From assembly GCF_004010195.1 (NCBI RefSeq), contig NC_057752.1:12435925-12482015 (forward strand): a DNA stretch of 46,091 nt, read 5' to 3'. The translations under genes and the position numbers were made by a program. The notes under the pieces were generated by a model. The model was not told where the DNA came from. It saw only the letters and a program-made list of their open reading frames with translations, and ran no database searches. Of the stretch, positions 11,040 through 22,549 are shown piece after piece. The stretch is from Chiloscyllium plagiosum (Eukaryota). How positions within the stretch are numbered: position 1 is the stretch's first letter; every line of letters begins with the position of its first letter.

Positions 11040-11870
11040 ATGCCTAATTAGGAGGAGGAGCATCTGAGGCAGGTCCTGCAGCTCAACCTGCAGCAGCCTT
11101 GGAGCCGATTACTCTCCAGGACCTGGTGAACCAGCTCGCGAAATCTCGCGAGATGTTGGGGAAACAGATTGAAGTGAAGCTGGCTCCAGTCTCTCTCATG
11201 CTGCAGAAGCATTAGCAGCAGCTGGGAGACCTGGAGAAGAGCATGGATGAGGTGGAGCACAGGGTCACAGTGGTGGAAGCTCAAGGAAGAGATTCAAGTC
11301 CTGAAGACGCAGGTTCGTAATTTGCGTGACCAAGTGGATGATCTTGAAAACACGGGCAGGAGAAAACAACATTTGGATCATCGGTCTGCCTGGGGGTAAA
11401 GAAGGTGAGCTGCCTGAGGATAAAGAAGTTGAGCGGCCTGCGGAATTTGTTGAAGATTGGCTTCCGAAATTCCTTGACTTGGAGACTGTCATAAGAGGAT
11501 TGAAGATAGAGAGGGCTCACCGGGTTGCAACACGCAGTCGGGTCTGGCTCAATGCCCTCGTCCTTTCCTGGTGCGGTTCCATCATTACCGGGATAAGGAG
11601 AGAGTCATGGAGGCTTCCTGACTCTAGGGGAAGGATCCAAATGCCCTAATTTATGAGGCGCATAAGATCATGTTTTTTCAGGACTTTTTAGCGGCGGTGA
11701 TCAAGAAACGAAAATCGTATGATGGTGTCAAGAGAAGACTGAAGGAGCTTGGGATTCAGTACTCCCTGAGATATCCAGCAGTGCTTCAGATCACCTTAGG
11801 TGGATCCATGCATCTCTTTGACACATCGGAGAAGACAAGAGACTTTGTGGACAAACTAACCGAATTTTAA
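11040..11870 (+). pseudogene. L1 ORF1 (coiled-coil/RRM/CTD), disrupted
   Basis: VDDLENT.., NNIWIIGLPGGKEG, IERAHRV and FFQDF..KKRKSYDGVKRRLKELGIQYSLRYPAVL; several stops and frameshifts. Confidence 0.9.
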
Positions 11871-14051
11871 CAAAAATGTAGTATGTATAAATATTGTTGC
11901 TCGTGTATGCGTTTAGCATTCTGTAAAAGAAATGGAGGATATCCGGTTGGAGCTTTGGTTTTCCTTTTTTTTCCTCTATTGATAATAATTTGGTTCAAAT
12001 TATGTCTGGCGGTTGTTAAGATGTACATTTAAATTTCTAAGTTAGGACATACCAAAGGATGTGTGGGGTATTTATTCCCCCTTTTTAAATGATAGCATGA
12101 TTTTATTCATATTGCTATTCTATGGGGTGTTTATTCTTTTTAGCTTGTGCTTGCTATGTGGCTCTAGCTGGGAGAAGTGAAGGTGGTTGAGATGGTTAGA
12201 TGCCTATTTATGGGCAGTTAGTGACGGGTAGTTGCCCCCCACCCTCCCCGGTAGGGGGTGAGTTCCCCCTACTCAGCGCTATTGGCGCTTTATATGTTGG
12301 TTTGTTGACTGTTTTTTGTTGTTTTTTTACTTTTAATAATTTTGTATGTTTGTTAAATGTAGTGGTTTTATATTTGGTGGACCATGCGACACTAAGGCTC
12401 AGCAATTTATGGTTCGGGTTTTTCCTCTCTGGAAATTAAATGTAATGGCAGAAGATTATGGCTAATGCTTTGATTAAATGGTGTACCTGGAATATCAAGG
12501 GAAGTCATTAACCAACTAAGAGGAAGAAGGTACACTTGAGTCTGAGAAAGGAGAAGGTGAATATTGGTTTGTTACAGGAGTCACATTTGGATGACAATGA
12601 GCATGTGAAATTACAGCAGAATGGCTTTGACAGAGTTTATTTTTCATCATACAATATCAGAAGTAGAGGAGTGGCTGTATCTGTAAGGAAAATTCTCTCA
12701 TTTAAATTGTTGGACGTTTTAAAAACACATACGGGAGGTTTGTAATTCTTAAAGCCTTAATAAATGGGGAAGAATATGGCATTTTAAATGTTTATTGTCC
12801 CCCAGCTCATCCTCTTAAATTCTTGGTAGATGCTTTTTCTAAACTGATAAGTCTCAAGTCTCGGCACATCATTATAGGGGGAGATTTTAACTGCCTCATG
12901 GACCCCACAGTAGACAGGTTGCCTAAAGGTCCCTCGATACCCTCTGCACAAACTAAATAGTTATTAGGTCTGTGTGGGGAATTAGGGTTGGTGGACGTCT
13001 GGAAGTATCTCCACCCTTCAGGTACGGATTTCACGTTTTTCTCCAATTCGCATAAATGTCACACAAGGACTGATTTTTTTCTGACCCCTGTCGTAACCCT
13101 GGATCTGGTGGCATCCTGTACGATTGGTAATATTGCCATCTCTGACCATGCTCCAGTTTACCTCATGGTTAAAATTAATGATGTTACAATGGATTCCATG
13201 TACTGGCGAATGGACCACTTTATTCTCATGGACATAAATATGCAGATTATTTCTCTAGGGAATTTCGGGCATTCCTAGACATCAACATAGGCTCGGTTGA
13301 TCGCTCATCTGTTCTCTGGGAAACTGCCAAAGCTTATGCCAGAGGGTTAGTTATTTCATATTCCACCAGTAGGAAGCAGCAGAAGAGTGAGCAGGAACGT
13401 CTCTTTAAAGCACGTTTGAAAGCAGCCGAGAAGGCCTATTTTGACAGATTCTCCTTGGTCAAACTACAGAGGATTACGGCACTGTGGTCGACACTAAATT
13501 CCGTGCTCATGCAGATGGCAAAGAAGGAGCTGGCTTTTGCAAAGCAAAGGTTATACGAGCATGGTAATAATCCGGCAAATACTTAGCATACCTTGCCAGA
13601 AAGGGAAGTGCCCCACAAACCATGACAGCAATTAGGGAAGGGTCTGGGTACCAAACGTGATTCTAAAAAGATGAATGTGGCGTTCCAGAGATTCTAAACT
13701 AAGTTATATCAGTCTGAGAATTGTGAGGAGGGGCAGGAAAAAATGGAATCCTTTTCTAGAGATCTGAAGCTCCCAGGTACGACTCCCGAACAACAGTCCT
13801 TTCTCAATGCCCCATTATCAGAGCAAGAAGAGCAGGAAGCTGTGAGGCAGCTTCAGAGTGGAAAGGCGCCCGATCATGATGGACCTCCTAGTGAATTCTA
13901 TAAGGATTTTATAAGTATACTGTCAGGCCCGATGCTGAATATGTTTAATGATTCATACAGGCATGTTTGTCTCCCACCATCTCTGAGAGAGGCCAATATT
14001 TCACTTATCCTTGAAAAAGGGAAGGATCCGGAAGACTGTGCTTCATACAGG

Positions 14052-16889
14052 AGAAAGTGAGGACTGCAAATGCTGGAGATCAGAGCTGAAAATGGGTTGC
14101 TGGAAAAGCACAGCAGGTCAGGCAGCATCCAAGGAGCAGGAGAATCGACGTTTCGGGCATGAGTCTTTCTTCAGGAATGAGGAAAGTGTGCCAAGAAGGC
14201 TCAGATAAAAGGTAGGGAGGAGGTACTTCGGGGAGGGGCGTTGGAAATGCATTAGGTGGAAGGAGGTCAAGGTGAGGGTGATAGGCCGGAGATGGGGGTT
14301 GGGGCGGAGAGGTCAGGAAGAAGATTGCAGGTTAGGAAGGCGGTGCTGAGTTTGAGGGATTTGACTGAGACAAGGTGGGGNNNNNNNNNNNNNNNNNNNN
14401 NNNNNNNNNNNNNNNNNNNNNNNNNNNNNNNNNNNNNNNNNNNNNNNNNNNNNNNNNNNNNNNNNNNNNNNNNNNNNNNNNNNNNNNNNNNNNNNNNNNN
14501 NNNNNNNNNNNNNNNNNNNNNNNNNNNNNNNNNNNNNNNNNNNNNNNNNNNNNNNNNNNNNNNNNNNNNNNNNNNNNNNNNNNNNNNNNNNNNNNNNNNN
14601 NNNNNNNNNNNNNNNNNNNNNNNNNNNNNNNNNNNNNNNNNNNNNNNNNNNNNNNNNNNNNNNNNNNNNNNNNNNNNNNNNNNNNNNNNNNNNNNNNNNN
14701 NNNNNNNNNNNNNNNNNNNNNNNNNNNNNNNNNNNNNNNNNNNNNNNNNNNNNNNNNNNNNNNNNNNNNNNNNNNNNNNNNNNNNNNNNNNNNNNNNNNN
14801 NNNNNNNNNNNNNNNNNNNNNNNNNNNNNNNNNNNNNNNNNNNNNNNNNNNNNNNNNNNNNNNNNNNNNNNNNNNNNNNNNNNNNNNNNNNNNNNNNNNN
14901 NNNNNNNNNNNNNNNNNNNNNNNNNNNNNNNNNNNNAAGGGGGGAGGTGTGGGCGCAAGTTTTGCATTTCTTGCGGTTGCAGGGGAAGGTGCCGGGAGTG
15001 GAGGTTGGGTTGGTGGGGGGTGTGGACCTGACGAGGGAGGCACGGAGGGAGTGGTCTTTTTGGAACGCTGATAGGGGAGGGGAGGGAAATATATCCCTGG
15101 TGTTGGGGTCCGTTTGGAGGTGGCGGAAATGACGACGGATGATACGCTGTATATGGAGGTTGATGGGGTGGTAGGTGAGGACCAGTGGGCATCTGTCCTG
15201 GTGGCGATTGGGGGTTGGGGCTCAAGGGCGGAGGAGTGGGAAGTGGAGGAGATGCGGTGGAGGGCATCGTCAATCACGTCTGGGGAGAAATTGTGAGCTT
15301 TGAAGAAGGAGGCCATCTGGGTTGTACGGTATTGGAACTGGTCCTCCTGGGAGCAGATGCGGCAGAGATGAAGGAATTGGGAATTACGAAGGAGTGATGT
15401 CCTCCCTGAACGACTTCTCTTTGCAATCCTCCCTGAACAACTTCTCTTTCCAATCCTCTGCCTGTCCCCCTTAGTCCAAGACCTCCCCACCCCAGTTCGG
15501 GACACCACCCAGGCCCTCCACCTCCTCCATGATTTTCGCTTCCCCGGTCCCCAACACCTTATCTTCACCATGGACATCCAGTCCCTGTACACCTCCATCC
15601 CTGATCACAAAGGACTCAAAACCCTCCGCTTCTTCCTTTCCCGCCGTACCAACCAGTACCCTTCCACTGACACCCTCTATCGACTGACTGAACTGGTCCT
15701 CACCCTGAACAACTTCTCTTTCCAATCCTCCCACTTCCTCCAAACCAAAGGAGTAGCCATGGGGACCCGCATGGGCCCAGCTATGCCTGCCTCTTCGGAG
15801 GATATGTGGAACAGTCCATTTTCCGTAGCTACACTGGCACTAACCCCCACCTTTTCCTCCACTACATCGATGACTGTATCGGCGCTGCCTCGTGCTCCCA
15901 CAAGGAGGTTGAAGAGTTCATCCACTTTACCAACACCTTCCATCCCGACCTCAAATTCACCTGGAACGTCTCAGACTCCTCCCTCCCCTTCCTAGACCTT
16001 TCCATTTCTATCTCGGGCGACCGAATCAACACGGACATTTACTATAAACCGACCGACTCCCACAGCTACCTAGANNNNNNNNNNNNNNNNNNNNNNNNNN
16101 NNNNNNNNNNNNNNNNNNNNNNNNNNNNNNNNNNNNNNNNNNNNNNNNNNNNNNNNNNNNNNNNNNNNNNNNNNNNNNNNNNNNNNNNNNNNNNNNNNNN
16201 NNNNNNNNNNNNNNNNNNNNNNNNNNNNNNNNNNNNNNNNNNNNNNNNGGATCCTTCCATATCCGCCACAAATTCACCTGCACCTCAACACACATCATTT
16301 ATTGCATCCGCTGTATCCGATGTGGCCTCCTCTATATTGGGGAGACAGGCCGCCTTCTTGCGGAATGTTTCAGAGAACACCTCTGAGACACCCGGACTAA
16401 CCAGCCCAACCACCCCGTGGCTCAACACTTCAACTCCCCCTCCCACTCCACCAAGGACATGCAGGTCATTGGACTCTTCCTTCGCCAGACCATAGCAACA
16501 CGACGGTTGGAGGAAGAGCGCCTCATCTTCCGCCCAGGAACCCTCCAACCACAACGGATGAACTCAGATTTCTCCAGCTTTTTCATTTCCCCTCCCCCCA
16601 CCTTGTCTCAGTCAAATACCTCGAACTCAGAACCGCCTTCCACACCTGCAATCTTCTTCCTGATCTCTCTGCCTCCACCCCCACTCTGGCCTATCACCCT
16701 CACCTTGACCTCCTTCTACCTATCGCATTTCCAACGCCCCTCCCCCAAGTCCCTCCTCCCTACCTTTTATCTTTGCCTGTTGGACACATTTTCCTCATTC
16801 CTGAAGAAGGGTTCATGCCCGAAACGTCGCTTCTCCTGCTCCTTGGATGCTGCCTGACCTGCTGCGTTTTTCCAGCAACACATTTTCAG
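14052..16889. mobile_element. Penelope retroelement (family A) in inverted tail-to-tail form
   Basis: 16-bp TSD CTGTGCTTCATACAGG (14036-14051 and 16890-16905). Plus arm: RT (MDIQSLYTSIP, GVAMGTRMGP, YIDD at 15863-15874, YYKPTDSHSYL) and GIY-YIG (IIYCIRCIRCGLLYIGETGR). Left arm (14052 to about 15390) is the 3' part in reverse. Confidence 0.92.
16801..16828 (+). ncRNA. Minimal hammerhead ribozyme motif in the Penelope terminal repeat
   Basis: CUGAAGA-A-GGGU(UCAU)GCCC-GAAA-C-GUC. The inverted copy at 14147-14174 has a damaged stem II. Confidence 0.7.
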
Positions 16890-19489
16890 CTGTGCTTCAT
16901 ACAGGCCCATCTCGCTCTTAAATGTGGACTTTAAGATCCTCTCGAAGGCTCTTGTGTTAAAGCTAGAGACTGTGTTACCCTCTATTATTAAAGAGAATCA
17001 GACGGGCTTCATAAAGGGTCGCAGATCCTCCAACGACGTTCGGAAGCTGCTTAACGTAATTCAAGCATGACCACAGCAGTCAATACAGGGATTGGTGATT
17101 TCTTTAGATGCAGATAAGGTATTTGACCAGGTTGAGTGGCCGTACCTTTTATATACTCTAGACCAGTTTGGTCTGGGTGAAGTTTTCATAAGATGGATAA
17201 AGGTTCTCTACAGTGTACCTCCCGCTGCGGTCATTACCAACGGGGTACGATCAAGCAATTTTAATATTTCTAGGGGCAGCCGGCAGGGCTGTCCCTTTTC
17301 ACCATTACTTTTTACGTTGGTGATTGAAACGTTGGCAGCGGCCATTGATGGGGATCTCAATATATCAGCTTCAAAAGTGGGGTCAAAATTACATATGATC
17401 TCGCTGTATGCAGGTCATGTTGTAATTTTCTTTACAAATCCAGCAGTCTCAGTGCCTTGCCTGATACAATGCATTCACGCGTTTGGCGCTTTTTCAGGGG
17501 GAAAGATTAATTTTGCTAAGTTAGAGCTATGCCTGTGGGTGGTCTTACGAAAGAGTTGGCTCTTGAGAGTGACTATAGATTCCCATTTAGGTGGTCACAG
17601 GGGGGTTTTGTGTATTTGGGCATATTCATTACTCCAATTCTGGATTGTCTGTTCAAAGCCAATTTTACTCAATTATTTGAAAAAAATAAACAAGTTCTTC
17701 AAAGATGGGAGGCACTTCCAATCTCATGGTTGGGTTGGATAGCGCTTATTAAGATGAATCTTCTCCCTCGTTTGCTACACCCTATATGGATGCTCCCCCT
17801 GATTTTCAATAAACAAACGCTGAGGAGACTGAACAGTTGGTTCAGCTCTTTTATCTGGCACCATAAACGGCCCCTCATTAAATTAATCAAACTGCAGTTG
17901 CCTCACAGATTGGAGGGAGTAGATCTTCCGGACATTAAAAATTACCAATTAAGCTCGTTTTTGACCTACGTAAGTGATTGAGTTTGTGTGGACCCTCTTT
18001 TAATATGGCTAGATATCGAAGTCTCCCAGGCAAGGTGCCCCCTTACTGGTTTGCTGTTTTTGGACAAAGTGAGGACAGTTAAGTCATATTGCCATAACCC
18101 AATAGACATCAATACTGTTAAAGCATGGCGGGCAATTCGGCAGAGGGAAGGTAATATTGGTAAAACATCTTTATTTACACCTTTAGTGTGTATGCCGAGT
18201 TTTCAACCAGGTATGATAGAGTCAGGATTTAAATGTTGGGTAGAGAGGGGTATATCTTGCATGAGCGATTTATTTGAGGGAGATGTAATGATCTCCTTCT
18301 ATCAGTTAGTATGGAAGTACGAGTTACCTAACATAGACCTCTTTGTTTTTTTTTAAAGTTAGGGATTTTATTCAAAAAAGACTTCACTTTTGACTGATCC
18401 CTACAAATCTGACATAGAAAGCGGGGTACTAAGGGCTAAGAGCACACTCTCTGTCAGGACTCTATATAACCAATTGCGGGGTGCCACCTCAGACGAGTCT
18501 GATCGACTCTGCAAGACGTGGGAAAGAGACCTGGGTGTCGACTCTGCAAGACGTGGGAAAGAGACCTGGGTGTTCAAGTTTCTTCAGAGGCATGGGAGGA
18601 TATTTGGGAGAATGTAAGGAAGATAGCAATTTGCAATAGAACCCGTGCTTTACAGTTGCAAATTCTCCACAGGGTCCACTTAGCCCAGACCGTTTGTCAA
18701 AATTTAAACTGGGGACACCTTCAGCATGTCCCGAATGTCAGGTCTGTACGGGTATTCTTACCAATTGTCTTTGGTCGTGTGACAGGCTTCAAACATATTG
18801 GAGCGCTGTGGTGGATGCAATGGAGAGGGTTTTAGGTGTAGGCGTGGAGAAGGACCCTATTTCGCTCCTTTTGGGCCTACCTATTGCATTTTATGCAGAC
18901 TTGCATGAGGAAATACTTTTCAATATTCTTACATTCTGTGCAAAGAAGAATATCTTGCTAGGTTAGGTTTCAGAACCCCTCCCCCCACCCCCTGACACCA
19001 GGCTTGTCGGGTTGCCGGAAGATTGTTATGGAGCATATTTCCCTGGATTTTCTCACCAATATGATACACCACAAAACTGAGAATTTTTACAAGATATGGC
19101 AACCCTTTTTGAAATACCTGGACATAGATTTATCTGCCACACGAACAAGGTCTTTTATATCGCCGTAACGATTGTGTTTCATGATTCCAATATCCAGGGA
19201 AGAGGAACTGTGAATTTATGAGTGTTTTGTTTGGCTGGGCTGAGTTAACACTATTTATTTGTTTGCTGTTAGGTATCTAGTTAGTTAGTTAAATAGCTAG
19301 TTTCGTTTTTTTTAATTTTATACTTCTCTATATATGTTTATTCATTCGTATATGAGGGTGGGTTGGGGAATTTTTTTATTATTTGGGTTTAGTTTTGTAC
19401 TATTTTTGTATTTTTTGAATTGCATTGTTTTGTGTTTGTTGTAATATTTAAGAATCTATTTTTTGATAATAAAAATATATTATAAAAAA

Positions 19490-19818
19490 ATCTGCCACTT
19501 TTCCGCCCAACTCTCCAGTCTATCTATATCCTCCTGTATTCTCTGACAGTCCCTTGTGCTTTCTGCCAATCTTCGTGTCATTTGCAAACTTGCTAATCAT
19601 ACCAACAGTGCCCTTTTCCAGATCATTTATATATATTACAAACAGTGGCCCCAACACTGGCCCCTGTGGAACACCACGAGTCACCTTTCTCCATTTTGAG
19701 AAACTCTCTTCAACTACTACTCTCTGTCTCCTGTTTCTCAACCAGTTATTTATTCACCTAGCTAGAATACCCTACAAATCATATGACTTCAATTTCTCCA
19801 TTAGTCTACCATGGGGAA
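19490..19818 (-). mobile_element. CR1 RT fragment (5' continuation of 10062-10856)
   Basis: RRQRVVVE..GVPQGPVLGPLFVIYINDL..ISKFANDTKIG. Confidence 0.9.
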
Positions 19819-19821
19819 CAC

Positions 19822-19857
<36 letters not shown>

Positions 19858-19869
19858 GTGTGCGCATAC
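19818..19869. repeat. (GT)n(GC)n alternating purine-pyrimidine microsatellite
   Basis: Read directly from the sequence. Confidence 0.9.
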
Positions 19870-20139
19870 CAGTGTTTTTAGGAAGGGAAATATCGATTCG
19901 TTATTTGCAATATCCAAACGGTTTGCCATTCATCTTTCCATCATAGACTGAGTAACATTTCTCTGGGTCATAAACGTGCTATTTCAGCTGATTAAAGAAA
20001 CTAACCTGACTTGTTCCTAAAACTGACCCTGACCCAGTCTGAGACCAATATCATCGGCCATATCACCGACCTGCTTACATTTAACATTTGTTGTGAGCAT
20101 TGGAAGAGTGGGACTAGAAAAGGATACAGTGACCCCAAA

Positions 20140-20598
20140 AGCCGGGGAACTAAGGATCGGTGAGCCTGATGTCAGTGGTGGGTAAGTTGTTGGAGGAGAT
20201 TCTCCGGGACAGGATTTACATACATTTGGAAAGGCAAGGACTGATAGGAGTTGTCAACGTGGCTTTCTGCATGGGAAATCATGTCTCATTAATTTGATTG
20301 CATTTTATGAAGAGGTGACAAAGAAGATTGATGAAGGCAGTTTGGTAGACATTGTCTACATGGACCTCAGTAAGGTGTTCACAACATTCCGATTGGTAGA
20401 TGGGTTAGGAAGTTTTGGTCACATGGGATACAGAGGAAGCTAGTCACAATTGACTTGAAGGAAGAGGGGTATTTTCCAGACTGGAGGCTTGTGAGTAGCA
20501 GTGCGCTGTAAGAATCAGTTCTGAGTTTTTTGCATTTCATCATTTATATCAAGAATTTGGATGTGAATATTGGGGCCATATTTAGTAAGTTTACTGAT
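20140..20598 (+). mobile_element. CR1 RT fragment
   Basis: VSLMSVVGKLLEEILRDRIY, GKSCLINLIAFYEEVTKKIDEG, VDIVYMDLSK. Confidence 0.85.
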
Positions 20599-21128
20599 GC
20601 AATGTGACTGGTCAAACTATTCGTTGTGAAGCAAAACACAATTTATTTAAACACGACAGATAAAATGAAAACAAAGAAAGACGAATTTAGAATAAGGTAA
20701 TTCTATTGGACAAGTTAACAGAATAATAGATCTAAGAGCTATTACTAATGAACTGTTCAAATATAGGAAAATCGCATAAACACAGCCCCTGGCAGAAAGG
20801 AAAATGCAGACCCAGAATGTCACAAACATTTCTCCAATCCAGGAATTAAAAACTGCATATAGAGAGAGTAGCAGCCTGGAGACATTCACCGAAGCTTCCA
20901 ACTCTGTTGAGACCCCAATAGTTTCTGATGTTACTGAGAAACCAAACCCCAGAGATCCTACTCTCTGAGAGCTGGCCACACACATTCAGCCTGCATTAAA
21001 ATTAACCCAATGCCTCCCTAGCTGTTTACTCAAGTGGCCTTAACTAACCAGCTTGGAAACGGTCATTCAATCCCTCTCTGAAAAGAAATAAGGACAAAAT
21101 AGCCTCTTAAAGCTGCAGCATCATCACA
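20598..21128 (-). mobile_element. Truncated LTR
   Basis: GACTGGTCAAAC..AAGCAAAACAC and terminal GCAGCATCATCACA, shared with the LTRs at 308-1015 and 37844-38452. Confidence 0.65.
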
Positions 21129-21149
21129 CTTATCAGCACATCGAGCTGT

Positions 21150-21460
21150 AAACAGGAACCAGAGATAACCCAATCAGGCCCTTGGCCCTGCCCAATCGGA
21201 CGAGGAAGAAGCCATTCAGTCCATGAGTCACTGACACAGGAACAGTAGGAGTAATTCAGCCCCTTGAGTCTCTTACACAGGAAAATGAGGACGCCATTCA
21301 CCCCTTTAAGTCACTTCCACAGCAACAGGATGAGGCCATTCAGCCCCCTCAGTCGCTTACACAGGAATAGGAAGAGGCCATTCAGCCCCTTAAGTCATTT
21401 ATGCAGGAACAGGAGGAGGCCATTTCCCCCCTCAACTCATTTACAAAGGGACAGAATGAG
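21150..21460. repeat. About 42-bp minisatellite derived from a CR1 3' tail
   Basis: Units ACAGGAACAGGAGGAGGCCATTCAGCCCCT..AGTC..TT. The same family occurs at 42780-42960 and 43986-44166. Confidence 0.8.
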
Positions 21461-21469
21461 GTAGTTGAT

Positions 21470-21822
21470 GCTGATTCCTGATGAATGGCTTATGCCCAAT
21501 CCTCATTTTCCTGTGTAAGAGACTCAAGGGGCTGAATGACTCCTACTGTTCCTGTGTCATTGACCCATGGGACTGAATGGCTTAATCCTCGTCCGATTGG
21601 GCAGGGCCAAGAGCCTGATTGGGTTATCTCTGGTTCCTGTTTAACAGCTCGATGTGCTGATAAATGTGATGATGCTGCAGCTTTAAAAGGCTATTTTGTC
21701 CTTATTACTTTTCAGAGAGGGATTGAATCCTCCTGCTCCTCGGATGCTGCCTGACCTGTTGTGCTTTTCCAGCAATCCACTCTCTACTCTGATCTCCAGC
21801 ATCAGTAGAACTCACTGTCTCC
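21470..21822 (+). mobile_element. Penelope terminal fragment interrupted by an inverted copy (21500-21728) of 21065-21291
   Basis: ATTCCTGATGAATGGCTTATGCCC, then the insert, then TCCTGCTCCTCGGATGCTGCCTGACC..CTCACTGTCTCC. Confidence 0.85.
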
Positions 21823-21859
21823 TAATTGATGCTTTAATATGATGAACAAGTGGGGCAGA

Positions 21860-22150
21860 GGCTGCACAGACAGACTGCTCCACGTTGTTCCTCCTGGCTC
21901 CGTTGCTCATGATACACACGTGGGACTTTAACGTGGTTTTCTAGCGGTGAGGAGGGAAGCCATATGCCTTGTGTGAAGTCTCAAGAAGGCATCTTCCATT
22001 TCCGAGGAGCCAGCCTGGTGTTCTCTATGTAGGTCGGAAGTGGGTGGGAATGGCTACCTGTTTCAGAAGGAAGGTATTGTGGCTGCTGTTGGGGATTGTG
22101 AGCAATATGGTGTTCAGTACGGGCTCACACGCCGACTGCACAATAACGTA
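21860..22150 (-). pseudogene. PIF/Harbinger transposase fossil
   Basis: Minus strand reads VIVQSACE..IPNSSHNTFLLKQVAIPTHF..GWLLGNG..SNGARRNNVEQSV. This matches the DDE_Tnp_4 pattern NVQxVCD..PGSSHDxFIL..GWLLGDxGY..HxxTRxxIEQxIG. Confidence 0.7.
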
Positions 22151-22549
22151 GGGAGAGTTAATTAAGGCATATAAACTATTAGGAAAGTCACGTTAGACTG
22201 ATGAATGGACTCTCTAAGCTCAAATATTTCTGATCTTGTTCATGTTAATATTGTCCAGTGCACGTCCTGTGCAGTGTAACCTGTATACCTTACTCTGTCC
22301 AAGTCTACTTCCACCCTATGATCTACCTGGCCATGCTTACTATGATCTGCCTCCACTGCTCTTAAATTAAGTGTTTTCCTGCACTGAGGTACACGTGACA
22401 AGAAATCAAACCAATCAATCTTGGTGAAAGTATGGAATTTCTAACCCTATCAATGTATCTTTTGGAAATAAGTGATCACTGCCATTCCTCGTATTCAGCG
22501 TCACCATTTCTTCGTCTCTCACAGGTCTACAGATTAAACACTCAGCTTC

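Larger units (their letters stand above)
12458..19170 (+). pseudogene. L1 ORF2 (APE endonuclease-RT-C-rich), disrupted and split by a Penelope insertion
   Basis: WCTWNIKG, LLQESH, GGDFN, SDHAPV, YRPISLLNVDFKI, SLDADKVFDQVEW, GSRQGCPFSPLLF. The catalytic YADD is mutated to YAGH. End is approximate. Confidence 0.92.
10857..19489 (+). mobile_element. Full-length degenerate LINE-1
   Basis: 9-bp TSD ATCTGCCAC (10848-10856 and 19490-19498). 5' end GGGGATCTAAGATGGCGG, then ORF1, spacer, ORF2, AATAAA (19468-19473) and an A-tail. Confidence 0.95.

Noticed and set aside
19870..19990. Peptide HVYDPEKCYSVYDGKMNGKPFGYCK* and a G|GTATGC donor on the minus strand
   Set aside because: No recognisable homology or consistent exon structure; likely chance.
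21150..21460. CRISPR-like array of about 42-bp units
   Set aside because: Contiguous degenerate tandem units without unique spacers, no cas genes, vertebrate context.
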